Assembly: GCA_034226945.1 (NCBI GenBank)
Contig: CP120455.1
Location: 1,054,001 to 1,118,000, forward strand
DNA length: 64,000 nt
Origin: Picochlorum sp. SENEW3
Taxonomy: Eukaryota
Direction of reading: 5' to 3'
This document shows positions 1-10,692 of this stretch, one piece after another (position 1 is the first letter of the stretch; every line of letters begins with the position of its first letter). Made by a program: the position numbers and the translations under genes. The notes under the pieces are model-generated. The model was not told the DNA's origin, did not search any database, and saw only the letters and a program-made list of their open reading frames with translations.

Positions 1-1
1 T

Positions 2-3000
2 CAGGGTCTTGGAAAGACAGCTACAGTACTGTCTTTCATTCGATCATTAAGAAAAGACTTTGCATGCCATAAGCCAATCCTTATCATCGCACCCTCCTCT
101 TCTCTGGCATTTTGGGAGGGTGAATTCCTCCAATGGCTGGGAAATGACATTGATACCGTAACATATTCTGGCTCAGCAGTAGCAAGGAATATTTTGTTAG
201 ACCATGAACTGTGGCTATCTCCCTCAGCTTTGGATGGCAGGGTGGTACATAAAAAGACATTGAATGACAGGGTTCCTAAGTGTGATGTTGTTCTGACAAG
301 CCATGAAGCATTTGCATCAGACTCGGTTGAGCTGTCTGCTATGAAGTGGGAACTCGTTGTATTTGATGAGCGACACCGCATTCAAAGTGCTGCATTGAAA
401 GCTCACCAATTCATTAACGAGATTGACTCGGCACACAAAGTACTCCTCGGATGGCCATCACTGCCAAGCAATGTCCAGGAATTGATGGCCGAAGTTAGTT
501 TCATCAAGTCTCAGTACCAGAACCTCGAGGATCTACCTGGAAATCTCGATGAAGAGGAAGAGAATGTGCAAATTAAGGCTCTAAAAGCAGAATTGGAGCC
601 TGTGATGCTCCAACGGCCCAGATCTATAATTGGGGAAGTCATTGCACCTTCCTATGAAGTTAGAATACCTGTGAAGCTGAGAAAAGAACAGATAGAGTCG
701 TATAAATCTGTCCTTACAAAATCATATGAAGTTTTAGGGGATCCTAAAGCTAGCAGGTTCTCTGGGTACAGAGCTGTTCAACTCAGAGGTGTTGTGAGTG
801 ATCTTCGAGCTGTTTGCGCTCACCCTGGTATTGATAGTGGAGATTCTCTCGATGCCAATCGAATTCAACTCAAACATCAGGATGATCTTGATGAAGCTTT
901 GGGCTTGAGTGAGAAACTTGAGTGTTTTGACATGCTCTTGCAAGCAGAGAAATCTGTGAATAGACGAGTAGCAGTGTTTGCACATTCTTCAACAGTCCTC
1001 TCTCTCCTGAGTGAATGTATGAGAGTAAGGTTTGGTGAAGGAACCTATCGTACGATAACCTCCACAACGCCCTCATTAGATTGTCGCAAGGCAATCAACT
1101 CATTCAATGAAGATGAGTCACATGTATCGTTCATAGTAATGCACCCGATTGCTTGTGGTCTTGGTATGAGCTTAGAGAAATTGGATACAGTCATATTCTT
1201 CGATTCAGACTGGAGCGTGACCTCGGATATAACTGCCTTATGTCGAGCTAGAAAACTGGGAAAGGCTGACTCTCTTCGACTCTACCGCCTATATTGTGAG
1301 GACACGATAGAAGAACGTTTGATTGCTCTTGCCGAGAAAACAAAAGGAATGGAAATCGCACTTCGCCAGAGCCATGGCCGTGCATATTCTCGAGGGGCCA
1401 AAGTGCTGGACGAGATCTTACGGGCTGGCGTTGAGCAAATGTTTTCCGAGGATGCAGCAGGTGGGAAGGACCCTGAAATCAAGCAAGAAGAGCCTGATAG
1501 TCTAGAGTTGGCGAAGGATGGCAAACCAAATGATAAGGAGCAGAAAGAGTCAATTTCAAACGAATACTTCAGAGGGGATAACATCAAAATGTTGGTGAAT
1601 ACTGACCCTGCAGAGGCATTTGAGAAAAACAAGGGTGATGCCGCACAATGCAGACTGAATGAAGCATTACCTGGGACAACCGTTATCGACTTGACACCTC
1701 TAAAGCCAAATACAACTCCACAAGAACCACCGTCTGCAGAAGAAGAGTTGTCTGGAGAAGAAGGGGCTGATCCAGATGCTCATTCGAGGGCAGAGGCGGC
1801 GCTTCTTGCTTCCAAGTTTTGGTCTTCCCTTCTCCAGGAGTCCTGGCAAAAGTATCAAAAAGAACGAGGCGCGCTTCTTGATGCCAGTGTAGAAGATGAC
1901 GAGGAAGATGAAGAAGAAGATACCGGCCGAAGAATATCGGCGTCTTTGGGTGGTGTATCATATGAAGAAGAAGAGGACATACATAGAAGGAGAGGCAGAG
2001 GCCGGGGTCGTGGTCGGGGGCGAGGCATAAGGAGGCGTGGAGATGACGATGACTATGAGTCAGGATTCACCAAAAGGCGACGTCGAAGAGACAATCAGAA
2101 CCCAAATCTGACACCCGAGGCCCTGGAGTACATTGCAGAGTGGAACAGACAAACGGCTGTCATGAATGCAATCGCTGACCCGTCAACGGCAGAGGCTCTG
2201 ATTGCAAGGAATGCATTCGACAGGCTTGATGCGATGGGAACAGAACTCAATCTTCCCAAACACATCGTCGACCTCTCACACCAGTGTGCACAGATATTGC
2301 TGGTTATGCGGCCGTCTGAGGAAGCTCCATCTGACTTCCAGGACTATACTTTGGTTGCAGTCATAGCTGTTGCAACCTACCTTGGCCAGTACCCAATGGG
2401 AGAGGAACATGGCATACCAACATTGGCGCGAAAGTATGCTCAAGATTCAACGTCCCTTCAGCAGGTCTTTGAGTACATCATTGCATCCGTGAACAATTAT
2501 AGGGAGACGTATATGAGGATGCAGGCACTTCAAGAAGAAGGTGCGCTCGAGGAAGATTATAATGACAGGATTTTGAGGGATCGAGGCCATCCTACAGGAG
2601 GTTTAATGGCTGCTATGTCCGATTTAGATGGATTTGCAGCCAAACTGAATGCCATCCTCCAGGCAGATCTCCGGGCTGCTGCACTTGCGGCGGGTCCCCT
2701 CGAAATACCTGAATTGGATCTCACTGCAAATGCAAACGAAGAAAATGCGGCAGAGCTTGAATCACTATCTGAGAAGCTCCGAAGTATTCATGAGGAAATA
2801 GATCTGCTGGACAGAGTTCAGAACATTCGAGTGAAAAATATTCAGGATGAGTATCAGAGGTTCATGGAAAGAGTCAGGGCAAAAGCTCAGTCCGCCATCG
2901 ACCATGCCAATACAACATATAGTCAGCAACGAAGTGTGCTGATGTCAAGGCATGAAGCCATCTCCGCTCAAATAAAAAAGGACTATCCGCACCTGGCGCA

Positions 3001-3766
3001 AGAGCCACCAAGTCCACAAACAGTGGGAGCCAACACTGTCACAAAGTCTCCAGAAAATGGCAAAGATTTGCCCGTTTCTGCAGGTGGAGTAAATCCCATG
3101 AATATGCTTTCTCATTCAATGGCATCGCAGCTCTTAGCTCTGCAATCCCATTGGGCAGCTAACATGGCAGCTCAGGCGTCGGGAGATGGAAGCCAGCAGC
3201 AGTATCCATTCGGTCAAATGTTTCCTCAGCTCTCTCCAGCAGATTTCTCCGCACAGCTAGAACAGTATACCAAGATGCTTTCAGATCCAAATCAAGGTAC
3301 AGAACAGCAAAATAATGTCTTTCAGGCAATGGCACAAGCTGCTGCTGCTCAGCAGGAGGGTCAAACACAGCCCTCAAATGCTACAGGAAATGCTGAAGGA
3401 GACACAGGGAATGCGGCAGATCCTCCATCAAAGGCGAAATCTCCTCTTGAAATGATGGAAGAAGATTTCGATGCTGACATTGTCGCCGACCTAGGCAATG
3501 AGATTGACAATGATAAAACTCCTGGAGGAGAGGTAGACCCTGTACTGCCACAACCTGACCAACAGAATGAGTCCATCGATATCGAAATTGAAGATCCTCC
3601 TGCAGAGAATGCTACAAAATCACCAACGAAACAAGAGGGGAAATCCCTCGCTCAAGCCGAGAATGTCGTCAGGGTAAGTAGCCTGAGTGGGTGGATGCCG
3701 CAAGGCTCAAACCCCTCCTCTCCTCACGTTAAGCTGCCGCAGCAGCAAGAGCACCAAACGGGCTAG
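2..3766 (+). CDS. CHD/SNF2-family chromatin remodeller-like protein, 5'-truncated, with degenerate helicase motifs and possible MOM1-like C-terminus
   Basis: Frame is open from base 2 (QGLGKTATVLSF...LIIAPSSSLAFWEGEF = motifs I/Ia) into ORF 194..3766. It contains VVFDERH (motif II), LRAVCAHP, ACGLGMSL, DTVIFFDSDW, LYRLYCEDTIEERL and FWSSLL, then RG repeats, a coiled coil and a Q-rich tail. Confidence 0.85.
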   Translation, partial: QGLGKTATVLSFIRSLRKDFACHKPILIIAPSSSLAFWEGEFLQWLGNDIDTVTYSGSAVARNILLDHELWLSPSALDGRVVHKKTLNDRVPKCDVVLTSHEAFASDSVELSAMKWELVVFDERHRIQSAALKAHQFINEIDSAHKVLLGWPSLPSNVQELMAEVSFIKSQYQNLEDLPGNLDEEEENVQIKALKAELEPVMLQRPRSIIGEVIAPSYEVRIPVKLRKEQIESYKSVLTKSYEVLGDPKASRFSGYRAVQLRGVVSDLRAVCAHPGIDSGDSLDANRIQLKHQDDLDEALGLSEKLECFDMLLQAEKSVNRRVAVFAHSSTVLSLLSECMRVRFGEGTYRTITSTTPSLDCRKAINSFNEDESHVSFIVMHPIACGLGMSLEKLDTVIFFDSDWSVTSDITALCRARKLGKADSLRLYRLYCEDTIEERLIALAEKTKGMEIALRQSHGRAYSRGAKVLDEILRAGVEQMFSEDAAGGKDPEIKQEEPDSLELAKDGKPNDKEQKESISNEYFRGDNIKMLVNTDPAEAFEKNKGDAAQCRLNEALPGTTVIDLTPLKPNTTPQEPPSAEEELSGEEGADPDAHSRAEAALLASKFWSSLLQESWQKYQKERGALLDASVEDDEEDEEEDTGRRISASLGGVSYEEEEDIHRRRGRGRGRGRGRGIRRRGDDDDYESGFTKRRRRRDNQNPNLTPEALEYIAEWNRQTAVMNAIADPSTAEALIARNAFDRLDAMGTELNLPKHIVDLSHQCAQILLVMRPSEEAPSDFQDYTLVAVIAVATYLGQYPMGEEHGIPTLARKYAQDSTSLQQVFEYIIASVNNYRETYMRMQALQEEGALEEDYNDRILRDRGHPTGGLMAAMSDLDGFAAKLNAILQADLRAAALAAGPLEIPELDLTANANEENAAELESLSEKLRSIHEEIDLLDRVQNIRVKNIQDEYQRFMERVRAKAQSAIDHANTTYSQQRSVLMSRHEAISAQIKKDYPHLAQEPPSPQTVGANTVTKSPENGKDLPVSAGGVNPMNMLSHSMASQLLALQSHWAANMAAQASGDGSQQQYPFGQMFPQLSPADFSAQLEQYTKMLSDPNQGTEQQNNVFQAMAQAAAAQQEGQTQPSNATGNAEGDTGNAADPPSKAKSPLEMMEEDFDADIVADLGNEIDNDKTPGGEVDPVLPQPDQQNESIDIEIEDPPAENATKSPTKQEGKSLAQAENVVRVSSLSGWMPQGSNPSSPHVKLPQQQEHQTG

Positions 3767-3845
3767 AGTACGATTTTTTTGACGGATATAAATTACAAAT
3801 ATTGACACATGTTACTTTCCGAATACATTATATCAGACAGCATCT

Positions 3846-4435
3846 TTACGATCGACTTTCAACAACCCCATTCTCAGCCAAGTACGGAATTTCAGCTGCC
3901 AGCCAAGGAGCAAGCCCCAGGCAAAGAGCATGTGCAATGCCGAAATGAGGACTATTCTTCGCCCACAAAGGCTTAAAGTGCACCGTCAGACAAATTTTAC
4001 CTCCTCTATACATCTTCGCAGTCTTCCCTTCCAGCTCTGGTATCTCTATTTCTGGGGCAGTTACTGGATACGTTGCTGGTATATCGAATTGAAAGTCAAA
4101 CTCGTACTTGATCAGATCATGAATGTACCAGCACTTGCCTTTCCAATGCGTTCCTTCCTTATTACTCGGTTTAATCGTAAACCAGTCCAGATCAGTCGCC
4201 TTCCCAATCTCAATATATTTGATCAGTGAATTCAGTTCCTGCAGTGACCAGTTTCACATCGTCAGTCTGCCCAACAAATCTACTCTCCAGGCCATTAAAT
4301 GGTTTCTACGTTCACAATATGTACCTCTTTAAGCCTCTTTTGCCATTCATCTTTGTCCCTTGGGCCGGACTTGACCGTCAAAAGGGGAATCTTCTGAACA
4401 GCTTGTTTCGTGCGAGGATCCCAAGCTTCTGACAT
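3846..4435 (-). CDS. UFC1: UFM1-conjugating enzyme 1 (2 exons: 4435-4325, 4238-3846; 167 aa); not in ORF track
   Basis: Manual translation gives [45 protein letters not shown]...[27 protein letters not shown]...[48 protein letters not shown]. The 86-nt GT-AG intron is 4324-4239. The TAK motif and catalytic Cys are intact. Confidence 0.96.
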
Positions 4436-4626
4436 TCTAGGGTATAAATACAATACAATATCTCAAAATAATTGAAATTTACTGCTACTGAGGAGCAGTC
4501 TTGGATATCAAATCAAAATTCGAATTGTCTCAAAATGTCTTAGTAAGGAATTTCTCCCGATTATGAAAGCGACGCAAAACCCCTTTATATGTTTATCCAA
4601 ATCCTGCCTGATATTTATCTGTGCCA

Positions 4627-6087
4627 ATGTCGGGATCTCAGCTTGCCAGAGCCGAAAGGAATGGCGCTGCATACCCATTGCTCCTTTGGGTTGCAGTCTT
4701 TGCTGCTCTATGTGGATCATTCTATTTCGGATATCAGCTTGGGGTGCTGAATCCTGTTCTTGAATATACCCTCCATAGTTTGGATGTGGAGATGCAGTAT
4801 GGGTCCTTGATTGTAAGCTCCGTGTTGGTGGGTGCTTTGTTGGGCTCTTTAGGTGCAGGATCACTTGCAGATAATAAAGGGCCCAAGGTGGCCATTATGA
4901 TGGCAACGGTGCCGAGTGCTGTTGGAAGTGTGGTGAGCGGTGTGTCATGGTCTGCGGGAAGTTTAGTGCTGGGCAGGATGCTCTGTGGCATTGGTGTGGG
5001 GAGTGCCTCAATTCTTACACCTCGGTACTTGGCTGAAATAGCTCCCAAGACTATACGAGGGGCGATCAGTAGTCTCAATCAAATCTGTATTTGCTTTGGA
5101 ATATTATTTGCTTTCATTCTCGGAAGTGTGTACGAAAAGCAGCCAGAGTATGAGGGGTGGATGTCAATAGACTGGTGGAGATGGATGATGGTTTTTGGAT
5201 GCTACATCAGTGCCCTCCAAGGCATTGTCATTGCTTTTTGTCCAGAGACCCCCGTGTGGTTGATTTGGAATGGGTTGCATCTTCAAGCTACAGCGTCGTA
5301 CCACATGCTTCATGGAGCTGTCCCTGATGACATGGAACAGGATGATGAAAGAGCAGAGGAGGACACGCGGATGTTGGTTGCAACTGAGTCGCAGTATAGG
5401 AATAGACGGTCTCGAAGAGATTCGCCAGATTCATCTGGCGAGATTTCATGGAGAGATGTCTTGCACAAAAAGTATAGAAGGATTGTTCGTCTTGCGTGTG
5501 TGATTCCTATTTCTCAGCAATTCAGTGGCATCAATGTGATAATTTTGTATGGTGCAAATGTGATGAAGATGATTGGCATGTCTGATTCGCCGATGCGCTC
5601 AAATATGATTTTAGGCGCTATAAATGCTTTATTTGCAATTCTCTCGGCAATTCTTGTAGACAGAGTTGGGAGAAAGCCATGCTTGGTTGCAAGTTTCACT
5701 GGGATGTGTGTATGTTTGCTCACACTTGCTCTCAGCGTTGGTGGATCAGAACCATCTCATCCACTGGTTGCCTTCTGGTCATTAGTAGGATATATATGTT
5801 TCTTCGGGGTTGGATGTGGAGGTATTCCTTGGGTGTACCTGTCGGAGATTCTTCCTGACGAAATAAAGAAAGATTTACAGGCAGTTGCAACAGCAGGAAA
5901 TTGGTTGGCAAATTTGTTCGTTGGGGCTTCCTTTTCTGCGTTTGTCGCTCTCATAGGAATACAGGGGCTATACCTTTTCTACGCATGCTGCTGCGCACTG
6001 TCTGCTGCATTCTGCGTGAGGTACATGGTAGAGACAAAGCAGAAACCATTGCATCAAATCCATAGGGAATTGTTGATTCTGGAGTGA
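4627..6087 (+). CDS. MFS sugar porter (plastidic glucose transporter-like)
   Basis: FGYQLGVLN, YLAEIAP...RG, CPETPVWL, QQFSGIN, DRVGRK, PWVYLSEI and VETK motifs; about 12 hydrophobic segments. First ATG is at 4627. Confidence 0.92.
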   Translation: MSGSQLARAERNGAAYPLLLWVAVFAALCGSFYFGYQLGVLNPVLEYTLHSLDVEMQYGSLIVSSVLVGALLGSLGAGSLADNKGPKVAIMMATVPSAVGSVVSGVSWSAGSLVLGRMLCGIGVGSASILTPRYLAEIAPKTIRGAISSLNQICICFGILFAFILGSVYEKQPEYEGWMSIDWWRWMMVFGCYISALQGIVIAFCPETPVWLIWNGLHLQATASYHMLHGAVPDDMEQDDERAEEDTRMLVATESQYRNRRSRRDSPDSSGEISWRDVLHKKYRRIVRLACVIPISQQFSGINVIILYGANVMKMIGMSDSPMRSNMILGAINALFAILSAILVDRVGRKPCLVASFTGMCVCLLTLALSVGGSEPSHPLVAFWSLVGYICFFGVGCGGIPWVYLSEILPDEIKKDLQAVATAGNWLANLFVGASFSAFVALIGIQGLYLFYACCCALSAAFCVRYMVETKQKPLHQIHRELLILE

Positions 6088-6148
6088 TTTTTTTTTTCGT
6101 CGTTCTGTGTTGAGGGATTACATGTCAGTTTATTTGTTATCGTATTGA

Positions 6149-8593
6149 TTACACTCGTCTTCCTCCTGCTCGTGTAGATGCTCCTGTCCTCTTGTGTGTC
6201 GCCCTTCCAGCTGATGCGCCACCAGTTCTACCACCACGGGCTGCCATGCCCAAATTCAACTTTCCTTTCAACGCTTCTCTTCGTGCAGCAGCAGCTCCTT
6301 CAGTGTCACCGACTTTATTTTTGAGTTCGGACAACAGGAGCCAGAACTGCTCCATCATGTTGGCCCGTTGTGCGGCTCCAACACCACTCTGTGCAAAAAT
6401 CTTGGAGAGTGTCTGTGCATTCACACATGCCCCTTCAGCATAATCGATGGCAATTTCTGGATGGCCTTGTTGATCATACAAAATCGCAGTATCTCTGAGA
6501 ATTGCAATGCGATTCTGCAAAAGATCTGGCTCATACACAGAAATGGTGCTATCCATGATGTTCAAAACAGCTTCGTGTGCTTGAATGGCTTCCTCAAGAG
6601 CACCACGGGTTTTGCAATGCACACCGACGGCATACAATGCATTCATATGCTGAATGCTGTTTTCGCCATGGACCTTGATGGCAAGCTCAAGAGCATTGGC
6701 CAGAACCTCCTGTGCCTCCTCATGCTCTCCCATTGTATCCAATACACCTGCAGCATTCAACAAATTCCTCATGGCAAAGTGACGGGCAAGCTGTGGTGGC
6801 GTCAGCTTTTTCGTGTTTGCATCCTCATCTTCTGTCTGCGTGGGGGTCAATCCTGGAAGATCTGATCCCTCCTCTTCCTTCTTTTCCTCTTCCTTCTTTT
6901 CTTCTTCTGCAGTATCCCCCTTGGCTTCGAGGACATTTGCTTCAGCTTGCAACTCCTCAGCAGCTTTTAAAAGGAAATCAACGCACTCCCGTGTTCTCCC
7001 AGCCTTGGCAAGATATGCAGTATATTCATACTTGACCTGCTCTGTATTCTGCGACACGAGGGTAAAATCCTTCTTTGCTTGCTCGTACGCTGAAATATAT
7101 GTATCTCTCGTCGACTTGTGCTTTGATATATTACGAAGAACGTATGCATAATTCATATATGCCCTCACAGCACCACCCTTGCTGTCAGCCTGTCTGATGG
7201 CATCCAATGCCACAGCCAATGCAACTTTTGTCTCATTGATTTGCCTTTCAGCCACAAGCATATCAGACAGAGAGAATGCACATGCTGCTACCAATGTTGC
7301 ACGCACTTTACCATACCCTTCTGGCCCCAGGCACAAATCCATAGCAGCCTGCTGCTCTTTCAAACCTTGTTTGATTTTGTTGTTCTCCTTAATCAGCTTG
7401 TGTGCATGGATGCACATGTCCCTGATCTTTTTTTCGAGAGGCGTTAATTCCTCCTCCGTATCCTTTGGTGCCTCTGCAAACGACAAGGTTGGATGAGGAA
7501 TATCATCCAAATGTTCATATTGAGACTCCTCCTCATCCGCAGCCACAGGAGGCGTCTTATCCTCTCCCTTTGCCTTTCCACTCAACGTCTTTCCCCTCAA
7601 ATCTTCCAACGTAAACGTCGTTGCCATCACATCGACCACCTCTTCTTGCTGTGCTTCAGGTGCCTCAGGTGCTTCAGGTGCTTCAGCTTCTGTAACTGGC
7701 TCCTTCACATCTGTTGTAGCCGACTTCTCCTCCTCATCTTCCTCTGTTTTATTCTTCTTTGAATCATGCGATCCAAGAGCCGCACTCACCTCCTCCATCG
7801 CAGCAGCCTGCTTACTCTCCTCAATCACCTTCTCCGCATCCTGGGCAGCCTCCTCTGCCGCAACCTCTGCATCCACAATCTCAACCACCGACTCGATCGC
7901 CTCCTTCTTCATCAACTCAATCTGATCATCTACAATATCACTCACGTCCTCCGCACTATGCAATGTTCCCATGGCATCACCAGCTGCTGCTGCAGCAGCT
8001 GTTGCAGCAAGAGCAGCAGTAGCACTCCCCTTCAACTTCTTTGATTCCTCAGACTCGTGATCTTCCTTCTTCTCTTCCACCACTGGCTCCTCTGGCTTTG
8101 ATTCCTTCGCAACCACCATCTTCTCCTCCTCCTCAGGTGCTGCCTCTGGCGTCGTCTTCAGTGCGTGCTTCTTAGCTCTACGTGGAGGCAGTGCCGGGAC
8201 TCCACTACCACTCTTCTTTGTCCCCTCTACTGGACTCACAGGACTCTTCACCGAAGATGAATCAACATCAGACGATGCAACACTCCTAGGACGGCGTGGT
8301 GGCACCTTTCGAACGCCTCCCTGACGAGACCGATTCTTTACTCGACCAGAGGAAGACTCCACCGCACTCTTCTCCTTCGATCGCCTCGATTTCAACAGAA
8401 AACGTGCCCCAACACCAACAAGGACCCCAACAATCCCCGCTCCGACCATGATTGGAGCCATACCAACAGACCCACGGTGTCCGCCGTCCTGTGGTTCCGT
8501 TGAGGACGGGGATTTCTGCTCTCCTCTTACTCCTCCTAGCCTTTCCCCCTCAGGGCGACTCAATTCCTCAACATCACTATCCGATGTAGACAT
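6149..8593 (-). CDS. N-terminally membrane-anchored acidic protein with C-terminal TPR-like repeats
   Basis: 814-aa ORF with one hydrophobic segment (IMVGAGIVGVLVGVGA) followed by basic residues, a long E/K/A-rich region, and kinesin-light-chain-like helical repeats (e.g. NALYAVGVHCKTRGALEEAIQAHEAVLNI). Confidence 0.7.
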   Translation of the reverse strand: MSTSDSDVEELSRPEGERLGGVRGEQKSPSSTEPQDGGHRGSVGMAPIMVGAGIVGVLVGVGARFLLKSRRSKEKSAVESSSGRVKNRSRQGGVRKVPPRRPRSVASSDVDSSSVKSPVSPVEGTKKSGSGVPALPPRRAKKHALKTTPEAAPEEEEKMVVAKESKPEEPVVEEKKEDHESEESKKLKGSATAALAATAAAAAAGDAMGTLHSAEDVSDIVDDQIELMKKEAIESVVEIVDAEVAAEEAAQDAEKVIEESKQAAAMEEVSAALGSHDSKKNKTEEDEEEKSATTDVKEPVTEAEAPEAPEAPEAQQEEVVDVMATTFTLEDLRGKTLSGKAKGEDKTPPVAADEEESQYEHLDDIPHPTLSFAEAPKDTEEELTPLEKKIRDMCIHAHKLIKENNKIKQGLKEQQAAMDLCLGPEGYGKVRATLVAACAFSLSDMLVAERQINETKVALAVALDAIRQADSKGGAVRAYMNYAYVLRNISKHKSTRDTYISAYEQAKKDFTLVSQNTEQVKYEYTAYLAKAGRTRECVDFLLKAAEELQAEANVLEAKGDTAEEEKKEEEKKEEEGSDLPGLTPTQTEDEDANTKKLTPPQLARHFAMRNLLNAAGVLDTMGEHEEAQEVLANALELAIKVHGENSIQHMNALYAVGVHCKTRGALEEAIQAHEAVLNIMDSTISVYEPDLLQNRIAILRDTAILYDQQGHPEIAIDYAEGACVNAQTLSKIFAQSGVGAAQRANMMEQFWLLLSELKNKVGDTEGAAAARREALKGKLNLGMAARGGRTGGASAGRATHKRTGASTRAGGRRV

Positions 8594-8862
8594 TTTGATT
8601 CAATTGTGCTCTGAGGGAATGTGGTTGGATGGGATGAGTGTCAGATACGTCCAGAGGGCAATAGTCCGTGAATAAAACATTAAATATCTCGATGGGTCCA
8701 TCCATTCTCGAGGCTATTTTCATGGTGCCGTTCTCGGCCTCGACGGTGTTGAAATTGCATGAAAATACCATCATAAACCAAAACATATCTCGAAGAGGGG
8801 ATATCGGAGTGTTTGGTTGATTTCAGAAACGTGGGTCCTGTAAAGTGAATTTAAGCACAGGA

Positions 8863-10561
8863 ATGGGCTATCGTCGATCCTTTCCAAAGGGGATTGCATT
8901 TTTATGCCTTCTTGTTGTTATATTAGCAACATGTATCGGGGGTGTTGATGGATTTCGGAGTAGGAGGGCCCTGTCAGCATCTCTTGAGCGTCGAGGTCGA
9001 GGGTTGTCCTTGAAAGGGGATGATGTAGATGCGACGGCCGCTGTTGGTGGTGCTGAGAAGAAGACAAAGAAAGAAGAGGCTGAGGATGAATATGAGGGGG
9101 ATTATGCGTATGGGACGGGGACTCGGAAGGAAACATTGTCTGAGAAGGAGGCAGAAAAGCTCAAGGAGGGTGACTATCAGGGGGCTGAGGAGTATTCGTA
9201 TGAGGATGATGCTGCATCCAAAAAGGAGGTGAAGAAGGCTAATGCTGATGATGACTATGGTGTGTTTCTGTCCTCTTTGATTTCTGTATCTTTATTTTTT
9301 TCATTCAAGATATTGTGCATGATGTGTATATGATTCATGTGTGTCTGCAGACTATGAGGAGGAGGAAAAGGACGACGGGGGTGACAAGAAGAAGAAGTCG
9401 GATGCAGACGAGTATGATGACTATGATTATGATGATGGTGGAAAGGAGAAGACCGTGAAGAAGGTGTCTGATGAGGACACAAAGAAGCAGAAGAAGGCGT
9501 CTTCGGATGATGAGTATGATGACTATGATGATGAGGATAAGGATATCCAAGAGGAGGAGAGTGATGAAGACTATGAGTTGGACGAGAAGAAGATGGCAAC
9601 AAAAACCGCCAAAGATAAAGATAAAGAAGAAGAAGAAGAAGAAGATGATTATGAGTTGGATGAGAAGAAGGTGGCAACAAAAACCGCCAAAGATAAAGAA
9701 GAAGAAGAAGAAGAAGATGATGATGATGATGATTATGAGTTGGATGAGAAGAAGGGAGATGTGAAGGAAAAGAAGGAGGAGGAGGAAGATGATGATGAAG
9801 ATTATGAGCTAGATGAAAAGAAGGCTGTTACTGAAGAGAAGGAACAGGACAAGGAAGAGGAAGAGAAGGAAGAGGACAAAGAGGAGGACAAGGAAGAGGA
9901 CAAGGAAGAGAAGGGAGAGGACAAGGAAGACAAGGAAGAGAAGGAGGAGGACAAGGGAGACAAGGAAGAAGAAGAGAAGGAAGAAGACAAGGAAGAAGAA
10001 GACAAGGAAGAAGAAGACAAGGAAGAAGACAAGGAAGAAGAAGACAAGGAAGAAGACAAGGAGGAAGAAGACAAGGAAGAAGAAGACAAGGAAAAGGAAG
10101 ACAAGGAAGAGGAAGAAAAGGAAGAAAAGGAAGAAGAAAAGGAAGAAGAAGAAAAGGAAGAAAAAGAGGATTCATATGAGGAAGAAGTGGAGCGCATGGA
10201 GGAAGAGGAGGAAGAGGAAGATACCATCAAATCCAAATCATATGTGAATTATGATGATGATGAAGAAGAAGAAGAAGAAAAATCCAACGACAAAGAAGAA
10301 GACACAGATGGCTCCGCCATCTCATCCACCACATGGGCTATCATTGGTTCTGTCGCCTTCCTTGCCATTGCTGTCATGTACTACATCAGGAGAGCAAAAT
10401 CGCGCGTCCCTCCACCATTCGTGAACAACCAGGGTAATCTAGGAGCAGCAGCACCCAAGTATGTCCCTGTCGAATCCTCTCAAGCAGAGGAAGGAAAGAT
10501 CCCTCCAGCAGCGAAAGAATGGGAAGCAAGTGCAGAGAAATGGGAAGATGCCAAATTTTGA
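8863..10561 (+). CDS. Type I membrane protein with very acidic low-complexity ectodomain (exons 8863-9259, 9351-10561)
   Basis: Signal peptide (IAFLCLLVVILATCIGGVDG). A phase-1 GT-AG intron at 9260-9350 joins the two ORFs in frame. D/E/K repeats, TM helix WAIIGSVAFLAIAVMYYI, short tail; TGTAA at 10614. Confidence 0.8.
9570..10280 (+). repeat. Coding purine-rich tandem repeats (GAAGAAGACAAG-type units; four DYELDEKK copies)
   Basis: Repeated gacaaggaagaagaa units and gaa/gat triplet runs inside the acidic protein CDS. Confidence 0.9.
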
Positions 10562-10692
10562 ATATAGACCCTTCGCGACACTAATCATGTACATAAAATA
10601 ATTTATATATATTTGTAAGATACGTTTTGTAGATTCAAAGCAGATACAGACGTAGAAGAAGGGAGAAACGCACGGGTGAAGTGGCTCAAAGA

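Noticed and set aside
9802..10247. Poly-Ser, poly-Arg/Lys and Leu-Pro-Cys ORFs in other frames
   Set aside because: Shadow frames of the purine-rich E/D/K repeat.
10562..10692. Bicistronic link between the acidic protein and ORM1 (also rhodanese to WD40 and WD40 to SYS1)
   Set aside because: Each gap contains a TGTAA signal on the coding strand (10614; 34483; 32689).
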